Shown in pieces: positions 52,327 to 63,930 of a stretch of 64,000 nt of DNA. The notes beneath the pieces are model-generated. The model was not told the DNA's origin and ran no database searches. It saw only the letters and a program-made list of their open reading frames with translations. A program made the translations under genes and the position numbers. The stretch's first letter is position 1. Each line of letters opens with the position of its first letter. Source of the stretch: Saccharolobus islandicus REY15A (GTDB lineage: Archaea; Thermoproteota; Thermoprotei_A; Sulfolobales; Sulfolobaceae); the NCBI RefSeq assembly GCF_000189555.1, contig NC_017276.1, one strand, 5' to 3'.

Positions 52327-53129
52327 GAGTGGAATTAGCTCAAATAAGATCTTACCCCGGAGATGTGTATAGAAATTATAAGAAACATTTAGAGATCATA
52401 GAGACCAGTACTGCAGATTGTGTAATCTTTCCAGAACTCTCCTTAACTGGTTACATTATAAAAGATTTGACATATGAGATATATAAGGATGCAGAGGAGG
52501 CTACACGTAAAATAGCAGAGAAAGTTAACAAGTGTGCCGTATTTGGAACAATAAAGGAAGTTAGGAAAGGAATATTAAGAAACGCAGCGGCAGTTATAAT
52601 TAATGGAAAAATGGATTACATATATAAGTTTTATCTTCCAACATATGGATTATTTGAGGAGAGAAGATACTTCCAAAGAGGAGACCCACTTAAAGATTTG
52701 AAAATTTTCGAGTATAGAGACTTAAAATTTGGTGTAGTAATTTGTGAAGATGCGTGGCATCCAGAGCCAATAGAGGCACTATCGCTTATGGGAGCTGACG
52801 CAATTTTTATACCATCAGCATCACCAATGCGAAAACTAAGAGAAAACTTGGCAATAGAAGAGAGTTGGGATTCACTTTTGAAGGCTCACTCATTAATGAA
52901 TACTGTTTGGACTGTTTTCACAAACGTTGTAGGTAGTCAAGAAGAGGAATACTTTTGGGGAGGATCTAGAGTGGTTTCTCCATTAGGTGATGTAAAACTT
53001 AAACTAAATCTATTTTATGAAGATAGGGGAGTTGTGGAGATCACTGAGAATGAGTTGCTTAGGGCTAGGTTCTTTAGCAGTTATAGGGATCATATAAGGG
53101 AGTTTCATTCAATTCTTGATAAGCTATAA
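52317..53129 (+). CDS. Carbon-nitrogen hydrolase resembling the glutaminase domain of Gln-dependent NadE
   Basis: FPELSLTGY, KFYLPTYGLFEERRYF and ICEDAW triad context; overlaps the nadE end. Confidence 0.85.
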   Translation: MGIRVELAQIRSYPGDVYRNYKKHLEIIETSTADCVIFPELSLTGYIIKDLTYEIYKDAEEATRKIAEKVNKCAVFGTIKEVRKGILRNAAAVIINGKMDYIYKFYLPTYGLFEERRYFQRGDPLKDLKIFEYRDLKFGVVICEDAWHPEPIEALSLMGADAIFIPSASPMRKLRENLAIEESWDSLLKAHSLMNTVWTVFTNVVGSQEEEYFWGGSRVVSPLGDVKLKLNLFYEDRGVVEITENELLRARFFSSYRDHIREFHSILDKL

Positions 53130-53159
53130 CTTTTATAACTGTACAAACGATATTCATTA

Positions 53160-53450
53160 TTGGGTATGATTTCTCAAAGATTTAATCTAAATCTCTTACT
53201 CTTACTTATAATTATAATTCTGCTCATTGTAGCCATTTTCTATCCAGTAGCACTTATTCCCGCAGCCTTAGCAGGCGCGTTCATAGATGGATATCCTTTT
53301 GCAAGAATTTTTATACCGATACCGTTATTAATATTATTTCTGTTAGGTCTTCATAATGATTTTTATGCATTTGGTACACTAGCAATGATACTATTATTAG
53401 TTCTATTATTTATTAGAAGTATTACCAAGCATTTTAGTTTTAAATTTTAA
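53160..53450 (+). CDS. Small hydrophobic membrane protein
   Basis: 96 aa, almost wholly hydrophobic. Confidence 0.6.
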   Translation: MGMISQRFNLNLLLLLIIIILLIVAIFYPVALIPAALAGAFIDGYPFARIFIPIPLLILFLLGLHNDFYAFGTLAMILLLVLLFIRSITKHFSFKF

Positions 53451-53661
53451 ATTTATTAACCACTATCACGTTATTTTACATATGAACAGTTTAATAAAGG
53501 CGTTGCTTATACTAAATCTAATATTATCCCTCACTCTATCAGAACTTTTTGTAATTCCTCTCGTCCTACTTACAGCGAAATTCATTTTATCTGGTGTAAA
53601 AAGAGATTAGAACACTTGTTCTAAGGCGTAGGGTTTTATCACTCCCTTCAATTTTTAATAT

Positions 53662-53931
53662 ATGCTACTAAGATTAGACGAGATCTTCCAAAACAAGGGA
53701 TGGGATACAAGGAAAAGGATATTAGATGAATTGAAAAATAAACCCCAAACAGCTTATGAATTGTCTAAAAAACTAGGATTGAACTATTCTACAGTAAAAT
53801 ATCATTTAGAAATTTTAGAGAAATTTGGATTAGTAAACATTAATAGATATAAAACAAAATGTTTTTATGCGGTGTCAAAGAATTATAAAATAGTTGAAAA
53901 GTATTTAGAGGAGGAAATAGCAAAAAGATAA
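53662..53931 (+). CDS. ArsR-like winged-helix regulator
   Basis: TRKRILDEL..PQTAYELSKKLGLNYSTVKYHLEILEKFGLV. Confidence 0.85.
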   Translation: MLLRLDEIFQNKGWDTRKRILDELKNKPQTAYELSKKLGLNYSTVKYHLEILEKFGLVNINRYKTKCFYAVSKNYKIVEKYLEEEIAKR

Positions 53932-53942
53932 CTGAGAAAACT

Positions 53943-54842
53943 TTGAACAGTAGTTCAATATTTTTCATAGTACTATATCTAATATTTTTAGTTATAGGTA
54001 AAATACAATATGTAAAAGGAGTTGAGAAAATCGTAGACATCGTAGTTATACTTCTAATATCAACAATCTCATATTGGGCAGGGGAAGAGATTACGAGTAA
54101 CCAAATATTTAGTTTACTTATAAGTTCACTAATACTAGGCATATTATCAATAATTATTACGTACTTTTCTGGGGTAGCCATAAGACATTTCAATACTACG
54201 AAATCACTAATGAAAGCTAATAGAGAAAAGATAATTATCGGCAACAGTAATAGGCAGACGATAATAAAATACATGCTACCGTTTGTAATAGGATGGATTC
54301 TTGGATTATTGTTTCATGTTGGCGGTACTGTTATCGTGAGCATGATAGATTACGAGTTATATGCTTTAGCCTCAGTATTGGGTTATATCATGGGAAAGGA
54401 TATTAGCCGTAAAGTAATTCTAAGTAGCAGTAAAGATTCCTTAATCTCATTATTTATAACAATTCTTGGAGATATCATACTAGCCTTAGTTATGTACATG
54501 TTACATATAGCTAACTTTACAATTTCATTGGCTATTGCACTGGCTAGTGGATGGTATACTTACGTTGGGCCGCTGGTAGCAGTAAGCTCTGATCCATATT
54601 TAGGTACCTTAGCTTTTCTCGTGAATTTCCTAAGGGAACAACTAACTTACGTTTTAGTACCTTTTCTTCTCAAATTGAAATTTGAACCTAGATCTGCAAT
54701 TGCAGTGGGAGGTGCGACAGCAATGGATACTACACTTCCACTTTATGTAGAGGTTCTGGGAAAAGAGTATGCACTATCCGCAATGATTACGGGGGTAATA
54801 CTAACGCTCGTAATACCAATTATTTTACCTCTAATAATCTAA
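53943..54842 (+). CDS. LysO/DUF340-family exporter
   Basis: ASGWYT, LAFLVNFLRE and GGATAMDTTLP motifs. Confidence 0.85.
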   Translation: MNSSSIFFIVLYLIFLVIGKIQYVKGVEKIVDIVVILLISTISYWAGEEITSNQIFSLLISSLILGILSIIITYFSGVAIRHFNTTKSLMKANREKIIIGNSNRQTIIKYMLPFVIGWILGLLFHVGGTVIVSMIDYELYALASVLGYIMGKDISRKVILSSSKDSLISLFITILGDIILALVMYMLHIANFTISLAIALASGWYTYVGPLVAVSSDPYLGTLAFLVNFLREQLTYVLVPFLLKLKFEPRSAIAVGGATAMDTTLPLYVEVLGKEYALSAMITGVILTLVIPIILPLII

Positions 54843-55393
54843 ACCTTTCCTATTTTTATCAAGATGAGTACTGCAATGATTATTACAATAAAAAGTACAA
54901 CTAATGGTAAGTAACTATATATTGTTGGAGATTGTGATCCATTCTCAGAATTTGTCTGAAAGATGTATATTTGTACATTTTGACCTGTACCATTAGCTTG
55001 ATAAAGTATATTGTCATGATATGTCAAGATTAATTTTATTTCATTACCGTAAAGATTTAAAAATCCCTTATATATAGTGATGTTTACATTATTTTCCGTT
55101 TTGTTCATAATCAAGGTATAATTCTCAATTATGCTTCCGTTTATGAGAAGTCGTGGAGGAAATAGGGAATAGTTATAGATTGTAAAGACCTTATTATAAA
55201 TTATGCTTCCATTAGTATTATAGATTGTAAAGTTATAGGTTAAAGGAGATAGTGATAATATAGTATAATTGTATGTATATAAATATAAAGCATTATTATA
55301 AATTATTTGAACGTTATAAGAGAAGGATTGGTGAGGAGAAAGGGGCATTGAAATTAATAATATAAGAAATATGAATGCTAATTGATAAACCAT
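54839..55393 (-). CDS. Secreted, C-terminally anchored surface protein
   Basis: Signal peptide, Asn/Tyr-rich with many sequons, C-terminal TM; architecture like 24408..25118. Confidence 0.75.
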   Translation of the reverse strand: MVYQLAFIFLILLISMPLSPHQSFSYNVQIIYNNALYLYTYNYTILSLSPLTYNFTIYNTNGSIIYNKVFTIYNYSLFPPRLLINGSIIENYTLIMNKTENNVNITIYKGFLNLYGNEIKLILTYHDNILYQANGTGQNVQIYIFQTNSENGSQSPTIYSYLPLVVLFIVIIIAVLILIKIGKV

Positions 55394-55427
55394 ACATTAA
55401 TAACTCTCTTTTAACTTTATAAAACCT

Positions 55428-56159
55428 ATGAGTGATGAATGGATTAAGATATTTGAATCTGATTTTTACGTTCGTGAGATGATAAAGGTATGGGACGAGG
55501 GAGAAAAGTGGGCTAATTGGATAGATGAAGTAGTAAATAAGTATAAGTTAGAAAAGAAGGTTCTTGATGTGCCTTGTGGAATTGGTAGAGTTTCGTATTT
55601 TCTCGCAAATAGGGGTTATAAGGTTACTGGAATAGATATTTCAGAAAGAATGATATCGATGGCTAGAGCTAATATTCAAAACGGAAAATTCATAGTAGGA
55701 GACATGAGGAAAATAAAGGAAATAATTGGTAACGAAAAATATGATCTTGTGATAAATATCTATAATAGTTTAGGATATTATTCTGAAGAAGACGACCTAA
55801 AAATTTTAGAATCGTTGAGAAATAGCACTAGGAAAATATTAGTAATTAACCTAGATAATAGAGATTATATAATATATAATAGACCCAATGAATATTACAC
55901 TTATATACCACCATATTTAGTTTACTCTAGAGTGTACTTTGAACAAGAAACTTCAAGGTTATTGATATATAGAAAATATTACATAAATGACAAGGAAGTA
56001 GGAGAGATAACCTATAAGCAAAGATTATATAGTATTCATGAGATTTTAGCTCTACTCAAAAAGGCTGGATTACAGCCAGTAGAAGTGCTATCAGGATATT
56101 CTTGGAAGAAATTCAGCATAATGGATCCAGAAATGACAATAATAGCTACGCCAGCTTAG
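55428..56159 (+). CDS. Class I SAM-dependent methyltransferase
   Basis: VLDVPCGIGR, GIDIS, GDMR and NSLGY. Confidence 0.9.
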   Translation: MSDEWIKIFESDFYVREMIKVWDEGEKWANWIDEVVNKYKLEKKVLDVPCGIGRVSYFLANRGYKVTGIDISERMISMARANIQNGKFIVGDMRKIKEIIGNEKYDLVINIYNSLGYYSEEDDLKILESLRNSTRKILVINLDNRDYIIYNRPNEYYTYIPPYLVYSRVYFEQETSRLLIYRKYYINDKEVGEITYKQRLYSIHEILALLKKAGLQPVEVLSGYSWKKFSIMDPEMTIIATPA

Positions 56160-56870
56160 ATAACTTACTTCCTTAAAAGACTAAGATTTCAGTTGCAATT
56201 CCCTTTCTTGTTTCAAAATCTTCAACTAACTACAGGAACCATTCAAAGTATTTTTGTTTCCGCTTAACCTACACGGTTACAACTGAAAGCCTTACCTTTA
56301 GGGCAGGAAAAAACAGATGCGTATAATGAAAATAACTCTTTAGGTTATCTTCATCAGATAATAGGGATAATGAAATCTCGGAAATGAATAAGGAAAACCG
56401 AAAATATGCAACTTTCCCATTACTTGAATTTACTTCGGTTAAATGCTAAATGATCTTAAGGCATATACAACATTTCTAAAAGAAATAAGACAAAAAGAGT
56501 TTAAGGCAAAGATGAATCCCTCAAAACTTTTTAAAAGATAACTTGTGAAGTTTCCCTCAAGCTTCTTGAGCGCCTTTAAAATGCGAAATAGCACATAGTA
56601 AGGAGAAGTTAGATTAGCTTAGAGGTTTAATTGCAATTTAATCTGTAGTCACTATAAAGCCTTTCATTAATTTTTATTAATTTACTTACTAATTTAAGCA
56701 TTATATTCAAATCACTTCGTAATATTTTGGAATCTATCCCTTGAACTCATTACCGAAATTATTTAATTGCTTTAGATTCACATTCATTTTATTATATAAT
56801 CGACTCCAAAATCCTATAACTTATACTTTTAAAATAAGCTTATATTCCAGTAACTCTATATTTTATATGA

Positions 56871-57944
<1,074 letters not shown>

Positions 57945-57976
57945 CTCTTTTTACTTATCCTTTCTTATTCTACTCT

Positions 57977-58774
57977 ATGAATTTTATTACATTTGCTGAG
58001 AAGTTAGGAATTGATCGGGAAGCTGCGATAAAAGTTTATAGACTATTTGATGGTGGTTACTTTGAAAGTTTATACTATTCAAAGCCTCCTATTCTTCATA
58101 AGCTTAGGGAATGGCCTAGAAAATACTTAAGTAAAAAACTTGTATTAATAAGAAATATTCAATTAAACCAAGCGTTTGAAGCCCTAATATGGGCAGATAT
58201 AATAGCAATCTATGGGATGTCTTCGAAATTAATTGATAGACCATTCAAATATGATATTTTGGAGAAAAATGTGGAGTACGTATATGAAGAGATTAAAAAG
58301 TACTCTCTATCCAATAATTTTACAGATTATCCCATGGCTTTGAGTTTAGATTTTGTTAAGGTAGATTTTTCGCCATTCATAAATGACTTAACCAATAAAA
58401 GAAGAGAGGAGATGAAAGCTAGTGATTCAGAAATAATTAATGATATTGCGTATGATAGCAAATTAATGGAAGAAATAAAGGTTAAATATCCTTGGGCTAA
58501 GAACGTCAAAAGAGAGAACGCTGTAAGGGCATTTCAGTTATCTGAAAGAGTAAATGAATTTGTAGACTATGTTATACCATATATATATTATTTAGCTGCC
58601 TCAAAAACACTTCATTTTGATTATACTCTCATAAGTAATATGATTTCAGATACAATAAAAATAGTTGAAGAAGAAGGAAGTAAGGCAATAAAAGAACAAG
58701 AAGTAAGCAGTGAATACCAACGAAAAGTAAGAGAACTTTTCCAACTTATTATTACTACACTTAATTACTTTTAG
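57977..58774 (+). CDS. Hypothetical protein
   Basis: 265-aa ORF; no motif recognised. Confidence 0.75.
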   Translation: MNFITFAEKLGIDREAAIKVYRLFDGGYFESLYYSKPPILHKLREWPRKYLSKKLVLIRNIQLNQAFEALIWADIIAIYGMSSKLIDRPFKYDILEKNVEYVYEEIKKYSLSNNFTDYPMALSLDFVKVDFSPFINDLTNKRREEMKASDSEIINDIAYDSKLMEEIKVKYPWAKNVKRENAVRAFQLSERVNEFVDYVIPYIYYLAASKTLHFDYTLISNMISDTIKIVEEEGSKAIKEQEVSSEYQRKVRELFQLIITTLNYF

Positions 58775-58806
58775 GTTTATATACTATTTCGGCATAAAGA
58801 TAATAC

Positions 58807-59151
58807 GTGACAACAAGAGGAAAAGAACAACAGAAAAAGAGAAGATACAGTGAAAGTATCACTGCGTTCAAGAAAGAATTAAAAGCACTGAGCTTTGAGC
58901 CAATTTATGGAGAATCAATAAAGGATATCATAGCTAGATTAACGGTAAAAATAGAGGATATTGCAAACCAGTACAAATATGCAGTGGAATTTCCAGAAAA
59001 GGCTGAAATAGAGGCTGAAGGAGATGTTTACTATTTCATATATCCTATAACCTTAAAGACGAAGACAGGAAGGAAAAAGATCTATCTTCATGTTCAATAT
59101 CTCATGTATGATCAAAATCAATGGGCCGGAATGATAACTGGAGTTAAATGA
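58807..59151 (+). CDS. Hypothetical protein
   Basis: 114-aa ORF with GTG start. Confidence 0.65.
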   Translation: MTTRGKEQQKKRRYSESITAFKKELKALSFEPIYGESIKDIIARLTVKIEDIANQYKYAVEFPEKAEIEAEGDVYYFIYPITLKTKTGRKKIYLHVQYLMYDQNQWAGMITGVK

Positions 59152-62100
59152 ATTTCTTTCTTCTTACCCTTATTAGGATTAAAATAAAGATCGTTATAAT
59201 ATCTAACACAATACCTATAACCAAAATTGAATTATTGCCTAAACTTGGATACCTTGATTTAGCGAAATTATTACCAATTGTTGTGATGTAGTTTACGTTA
59301 CTACCTATAGTGCTATTTATATTTATTATTTGAGAATTAACTAAACTTACATTTAATGCCCTAGAATTGATTAAGGTAACCGAACCATTGTCAACTATTA
59401 GATTACGTATTATACTATTAACAAACGTTGCATTATGTCCAACTATTACAGCATTATCTATGAACTCATTGAAGGCTATAGTACCATTGAATACATGCAC
59501 ATAAACGTATGGCAAGACAACGAATTGACCGGAAGGTGATATTGGATTTATGGATAAGGTATTAATGTTTAGTGTGGCAGGGAAACTCGTAGGAATTCCA
59601 TCCGCGGATATCCCCTCCACGTAAACATACCAATAACCAGATATACCATAGGTAGAATAGCCCAAGGAATTGGAAGAAGATCCACTAGGGATTTGTAATT
59701 GACCAATCCAACTGCCGTTAAAGTATGTTAGAGGAACACTATATTGTAGTTGTAAGTTGTCAAACTGACTAGAAAGATAAGAAGGAAGAATAATCGCGGA
59801 AAATGAGCCATACTTGACTTCTGTACCGTTAGGATAAGTAATATTAGCTATTACGTAAATCTGTTGGTTTTGATATGCAATACTGGTATTAGGTATTATT
59901 CTAACTTTAACATTAAGTGAGTAAGGTGCGATGTAAATTTGAGTCACACCTATGCCTTCTGCAGTAAAGTTAGAAGTGTTATAAATTGCCTTAGTTGCAA
60001 CATAATAGTATCCCGGCTTTAATTTTGGCAAGGTAATTTGGGTTATATATATTAAGGTATTCTGATAAGTAATTGCATTAACGGGTTTAGAGTAAACTTC
60101 ATCACCTGATATATTATAGAAACTTACCGTAACGTTGGGAGATCCTATTGCTAAAGCTTCAGCAAGGATCGTAACGTTTTGACCAGGGGAGACTACAACT
60201 GGGTTTGTAAAGACTGGAGGATAGATTGCGTCAAGAATATATATTCCACTAACAAATTCGTCAAAACCAAACACATTCGGTATTTTAATAAAGTAGACTC
60301 CACTTACAATATTACTTGGCAACTGATAGACCCCAGTAAGATAACCCAATTCTATTTGGATACCTAAAACGGAAAGGTTTATCACTGGAGTTCTTTGCAA
60401 TTGAACACTAGAAACAATTGACATTTTATTATCCATCTGGTCATATTTGTATATTATAGCTGTAATATTTGGAGGATTCTTCACTAGAGAACCATTAGGA
60501 TAAATAAGTTGAACTACTATAGGAACGGATTCAGGTTCTGGGAATAGCGCAATAGGCGGAAAAACGAATCGAGCCTGATAACCAATAGTAACATAAGTAG
60601 ACCCATCTAAATTACCCGCTTTTACCACTACTTCTTCTATACCACTTCCTTCTGCAATAAACTCACCAACCCAATAAGTCCCATTAAACGACAATGAGAA
60701 CTGCTGAACAACAGAACTCCCATTATAAACCATTCCGATTACACTTGAAGGCTTTATTCCAGTAATATTAGCAACTACTTTTACGACTTGCCCATCTAAA
60801 TATGTACTATTATAAACTGCAACAACAATATTAGGTGAATGCATCACTTTAGGTAATAATTGATATAAATATCCAGCATTTATTGACCCTAAACCAGTTA
60901 CAGGATTAAGCTCAGAGGAGTTAACGTAATAAGGTGTATTATACCCAAACCTTATAGGTGTTAGTGTGCTTGTATTTCTTAGCTCATAAAGGTAAGGATT
61001 TACAAATCCTAGCTTACCATAATCTTGAGTCATTAAGTCAATGATCCCGCTAACTATTGGTGTAGCTAATGATGTACCTCCAACTAGGTAGGTTTGGTTG
61101 TAGTAATATAAGATAAAGGCACCAGTATACGGGTTAGCATCAGCTACAACATCTGGGACTAATCTAAAACCGCTAATGGCTTGGTACCAAGGAGATGGAA
61201 ACAATGTACTATATCCACCAGTAGAAGCTCCTAATACGCTTTCACCGCTCCACGCTGTCTCCATAGTCTTATTCCCAGATATATAAACAGAAGAACCACC
61301 CACTGCTAAAACATAAGGTATAGAAGCTGGAAATATTACGGAACCTTGAGGAGCTAAGAAGTAGTTATAACCATTTCCGCCCGCATCACCAGATGCTGCA
61401 GTGAAAGTAATTCCCTCTACCTCACCTAGCCAATATTCATACATTAACGAATTGACATATGAAAGAGGAATTAGACCTAAATCTACGTAAAGTTCGGGTA
61501 TACCAAAACTTTGCGATAATACGTTTACCTCATCTTGTTGAATTATATATGCTATAATTGCAGGAAGAGGAACATTTGGATTGGCAACATATAAAACAAT
61601 TCCGGCATCAGGAGCTACAATATGAGCGTACTCAACATCTAAAGAAATCTCCATTGCCCAACCTGTTGAGATACCATCATTAGGATTATAAGCTCCTATA
61701 GGGACGATTTTAAAGAATGGAGGATTAGAAATATTATACTGTTTGTCAAATTCTTGTAATTGTTCCTGTATGTAGGGGTCGCCGTAGAAGTCCAATATGC
61801 CTATAGCGGTGCCTTTTCCAGTTATATTATGGACATATAACCAGCTAATATTATAAGCATTGAGTAATTGACTAGGCCTTAACGCGTTATATGCAACCGC
61901 TTGTGTAATGTTATAAAATGTTGTAGGCTTATTTAGAATTAGCGAAGTAATATTGGTGCCTATTACGATAGCGTTAGAAATTACTGGAGAGCCAGCAAAC
62001 TCATAGAATCTCTTCCCATTGAACTCATAAACGTAGAACTTTCCATTTAATGCTCTCTCTAACTGGGAGACAGTACCACTAGCTAATATTACGTTCATAT

Positions 62101-62380
62101 AACTGGTTGTGGATATATTCGATTGCCTTAACTGAGATAAGGTCTTTGATATTTCCTGAGTTGGAACGAAAAGTTTCTCCAATTGACTCTGATTTAATAT
62201 TACATGTTCTTGAACGTATTGTTGTAAAAGGGGTAAATTACTCGGTGGAAAAACTATAGCTACCGTTAAGTAATAGTTTGGAGATAATGTGGAGATGGGT
62301 TGGTTATTTATATTGGTCATAGTCAATGGTAAAACGACACCACTTAAGGCTAAAATCATTAAAAATATACTCCATGTCAT
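59144..62380 (-). CDS. Membrane-anchored S53 serine protease (paralog of 15737..19663)
   Basis: MEISLDVE, ASGDAG and GGTSLATP; signal peptide; C-terminal TM followed by RRKKF. Confidence 0.93.
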   Translation of the reverse strand: MTWSIFLMILALSGVVLPLTMTNINNQPISTLSPNYYLTVAIVFPPSNLPLLQQYVQEHVILNQSQLEKLFVPTQEISKTLSQLRQSNISTTSYMNVILASGTVSQLERALNGKFYVYEFNGKRFYEFAGSPVISNAIVIGTNITSLILNKPTTFYNITQAVAYNALRPSQLLNAYNISWLYVHNITGKGTAIGILDFYGDPYIQEQLQEFDKQYNISNPPFFKIVPIGAYNPNDGISTGWAMEISLDVEYAHIVAPDAGIVLYVANPNVPLPAIIAYIIQQDEVNVLSQSFGIPELYVDLGLIPLSYVNSLMYEYWLGEVEGITFTAASGDAGGNGYNYFLAPQGSVIFPASIPYVLAVGGSSVYISGNKTMETAWSGESVLGASTGGYSTLFPSPWYQAISGFRLVPDVVADANPYTGAFILYYYNQTYLVGGTSLATPIVSGIIDLMTQDYGKLGFVNPYLYELRNTSTLTPIRFGYNTPYYVNSSELNPVTGLGSINAGYLYQLLPKVMHSPNIVVAVYNSTYLDGQVVKVVANITGIKPSSVIGMVYNGSSVVQQFSLSFNGTYWVGEFIAEGSGIEEVVVKAGNLDGSTYVTIGYQARFVFPPIALFPEPESVPIVVQLIYPNGSLVKNPPNITAIIYKYDQMDNKMSIVSSVQLQRTPVINLSVLGIQIELGYLTGVYQLPSNIVSGVYFIKIPNVFGFDEFVSGIYILDAIYPPVFTNPVVVSPGQNVTILAEALAIGSPNVTVSFYNISGDEVYSKPVNAITYQNTLIYITQITLPKLKPGYYYVATKAIYNTSNFTAEGIGVTQIYIAPYSLNVKVRIIPNTSIAYQNQQIYVIANITYPNGTEVKYGSFSAIILPSYLSSQFDNLQLQYSVPLTYFNGSWIGQLQIPSGSSSNSLGYSTYGISGYWYVYVEGISADGIPTSFPATLNINTLSINPISPSGQFVVLPYVYVHVFNGTIAFNEFIDNAVIVGHNATFVNSIIRNLIVDNGSVTLINSRALNVSLVNSQIININSTIGSNVNYITTIGNNFAKSRYPSLGNNSILVIGIVLDIITIFILILIRVRRKKFI

Positions 62381-62598
62381 TAAAGTAAGTTGGTTTCTGA
62401 GTGTATATAGTTTTTTCCAAACTTCAAACCTTCTAACCCTATTTAACTCCCCGGTTAAAGAGGAACAAGGATCACGTAAAAATATCTTTTTAAGGTAATT
62501 TAGAAACTTTTAATTAAAGAACAGAATAAACAACGCATTTTAGTGTTGAAAAAAGTTAGCAATGATTTTAAATTTCTATATAGTAGAGTGAGAATTTG

Positions 62599-63837
62599 AT
62601 GCAAAAGATACCAGAAGATGGAGAAGTAATTAAATTTGAAAATGGGAAATGGATTGTACCAAAAAAGCCAATAATTCTGTATGTTGAAGGAGACGGAATA
62701 GGACCGGAAATAACACATGCTGCAATGAAAGTCATAAACAAAGCAGTAGAAAAAGCTTATGGATCTGAAAGGGAAATTAAGTGGGTAGAAGTTCTAGCAG
62801 GAGATAAGGCAGAAAAGCTAACCGGAAATAGATTTCCTAAAGAGTCAGAGGAATTAATAGAGAAATATAGGGTCTTATTAAAGGGCCCACTAGAAACACC
62901 AATAGGCAAAGGTTGGAAATCCATCAATGTGGCAATTAGATTAATGTTGGATCTTTATGCAAATATAAGACCAGTAAAATACATTCCAGGTATAGAAAGC
63001 CCCATTAAGAACGCAGATAAGATTGACCTTATAATATTTAGGGAAAATACTGATGATTTATACAGAGGAATAGAGTATCCTTATGACAGTGAACAAGCGA
63101 AGAAGATTAGAGATTTTCTAAGAAAGGAGTTGGGAGTAGAAGTGGAGGATGATACTGGAATTGGTATAAAGCTTATCAGTAAATTTAAGACACAAAGAAT
63201 TGCAAGAATGGCCATAAAGTACGCCATAGACCATAAACGAAAGAAAGTTACAATAATGCATAAAGGTAATGTGATGAAATATACCGAAGGAGCGTTTAGA
63301 GAATGGTCATATGAAGTTGCAACAAAAGAATTTAGGGATTATGTAGTTACTGAAGAAGAGGTAACAAAGAACTATAATGGAGTACCTCCTTCTGGGAGGG
63401 TTATAATAAATGATAGGATAGCTGATAATATGTTCCAACAGATAATTATCAGACCAGACGAATATGATATAATATTAGCACCTAATGTAAATGGGGATTA
63501 CATATCAGATGCAGCTGGTGCATTGGTAGGAAACATTGGAATGTTAGGTGGTGCAAATATAGGAGATACTGGAGGTATGTTCGAGGCAATACACGGTACA
63601 GCACCTAAATATGCTGGTAAGAATGTTGCAAATCCCACGGGAATAATAAAAGGTGGAGAGTTAATGTTAAGGTTTATGGGATGGGATAAAGCAGCTGACT
63701 TAATAGATTCTGCAATTATGGAGTCCATAAAGCAAAAGAAGGTTACCCAAGATCTAGCCAGGTTTATGGGTGTGAGAGCATTATCAACAACTGAATATAC
63801 TGATGAGTTAATATCGATAATCGATATGTTATCTTAA
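62599..63837 (+). CDS. icd: NADP-dependent isocitrate dehydrogenase
   Basis: EGDGIGPE, LKGPLETPIGKGWKSIN, HKGNVMKYTEG, NGDYISD and HGTAPKY. Confidence 0.97.
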   Translation: MQKIPEDGEVIKFENGKWIVPKKPIILYVEGDGIGPEITHAAMKVINKAVEKAYGSEREIKWVEVLAGDKAEKLTGNRFPKESEELIEKYRVLLKGPLETPIGKGWKSINVAIRLMLDLYANIRPVKYIPGIESPIKNADKIDLIIFRENTDDLYRGIEYPYDSEQAKKIRDFLRKELGVEVEDDTGIGIKLISKFKTQRIARMAIKYAIDHKRKKVTIMHKGNVMKYTEGAFREWSYEVATKEFRDYVVTEEEVTKNYNGVPPSGRVIINDRIADNMFQQIIIRPDEYDIILAPNVNGDYISDAAGALVGNIGMLGGANIGDTGGMFEAIHGTAPKYAGKNVANPTGIIKGGELMLRFMGWDKAADLIDSAIMESIKQKKVTQDLARFMGVRALSTTEYTDELISIIDMLS

Positions 63838-63847
63838 TTTTTTTACA

Positions 63848-63930
63848 GTAAATTTCCTACGTTTCTGCATCATTATTATACCCTAATTCCCCCTCCTTTA
63901 ATTTGTCTCTCTGTAAATTTCCTACGTTTC
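63848..63930. repeat. Two exact 18-bp direct repeats GTAAATTTCCTACGTTTC (63848-63865, 63913-63930); probable oriC2 initiator-binding boxes
   Basis: Repeats are seen directly in a non-coding AT-rich tract. The origin assignment rests on recalled icd-oriC2-cdc6-3 synteny in Saccharolobus. Confidence 0.65.

Noticed and set aside
44963-53129. Apparent nucleotide-housekeeping cluster (HIT, NUDIX, NTPase, NadE)
   Set aside because: The genes are on different strands and separated by unrelated ORFs, so proximity alone is not evidence of a system.
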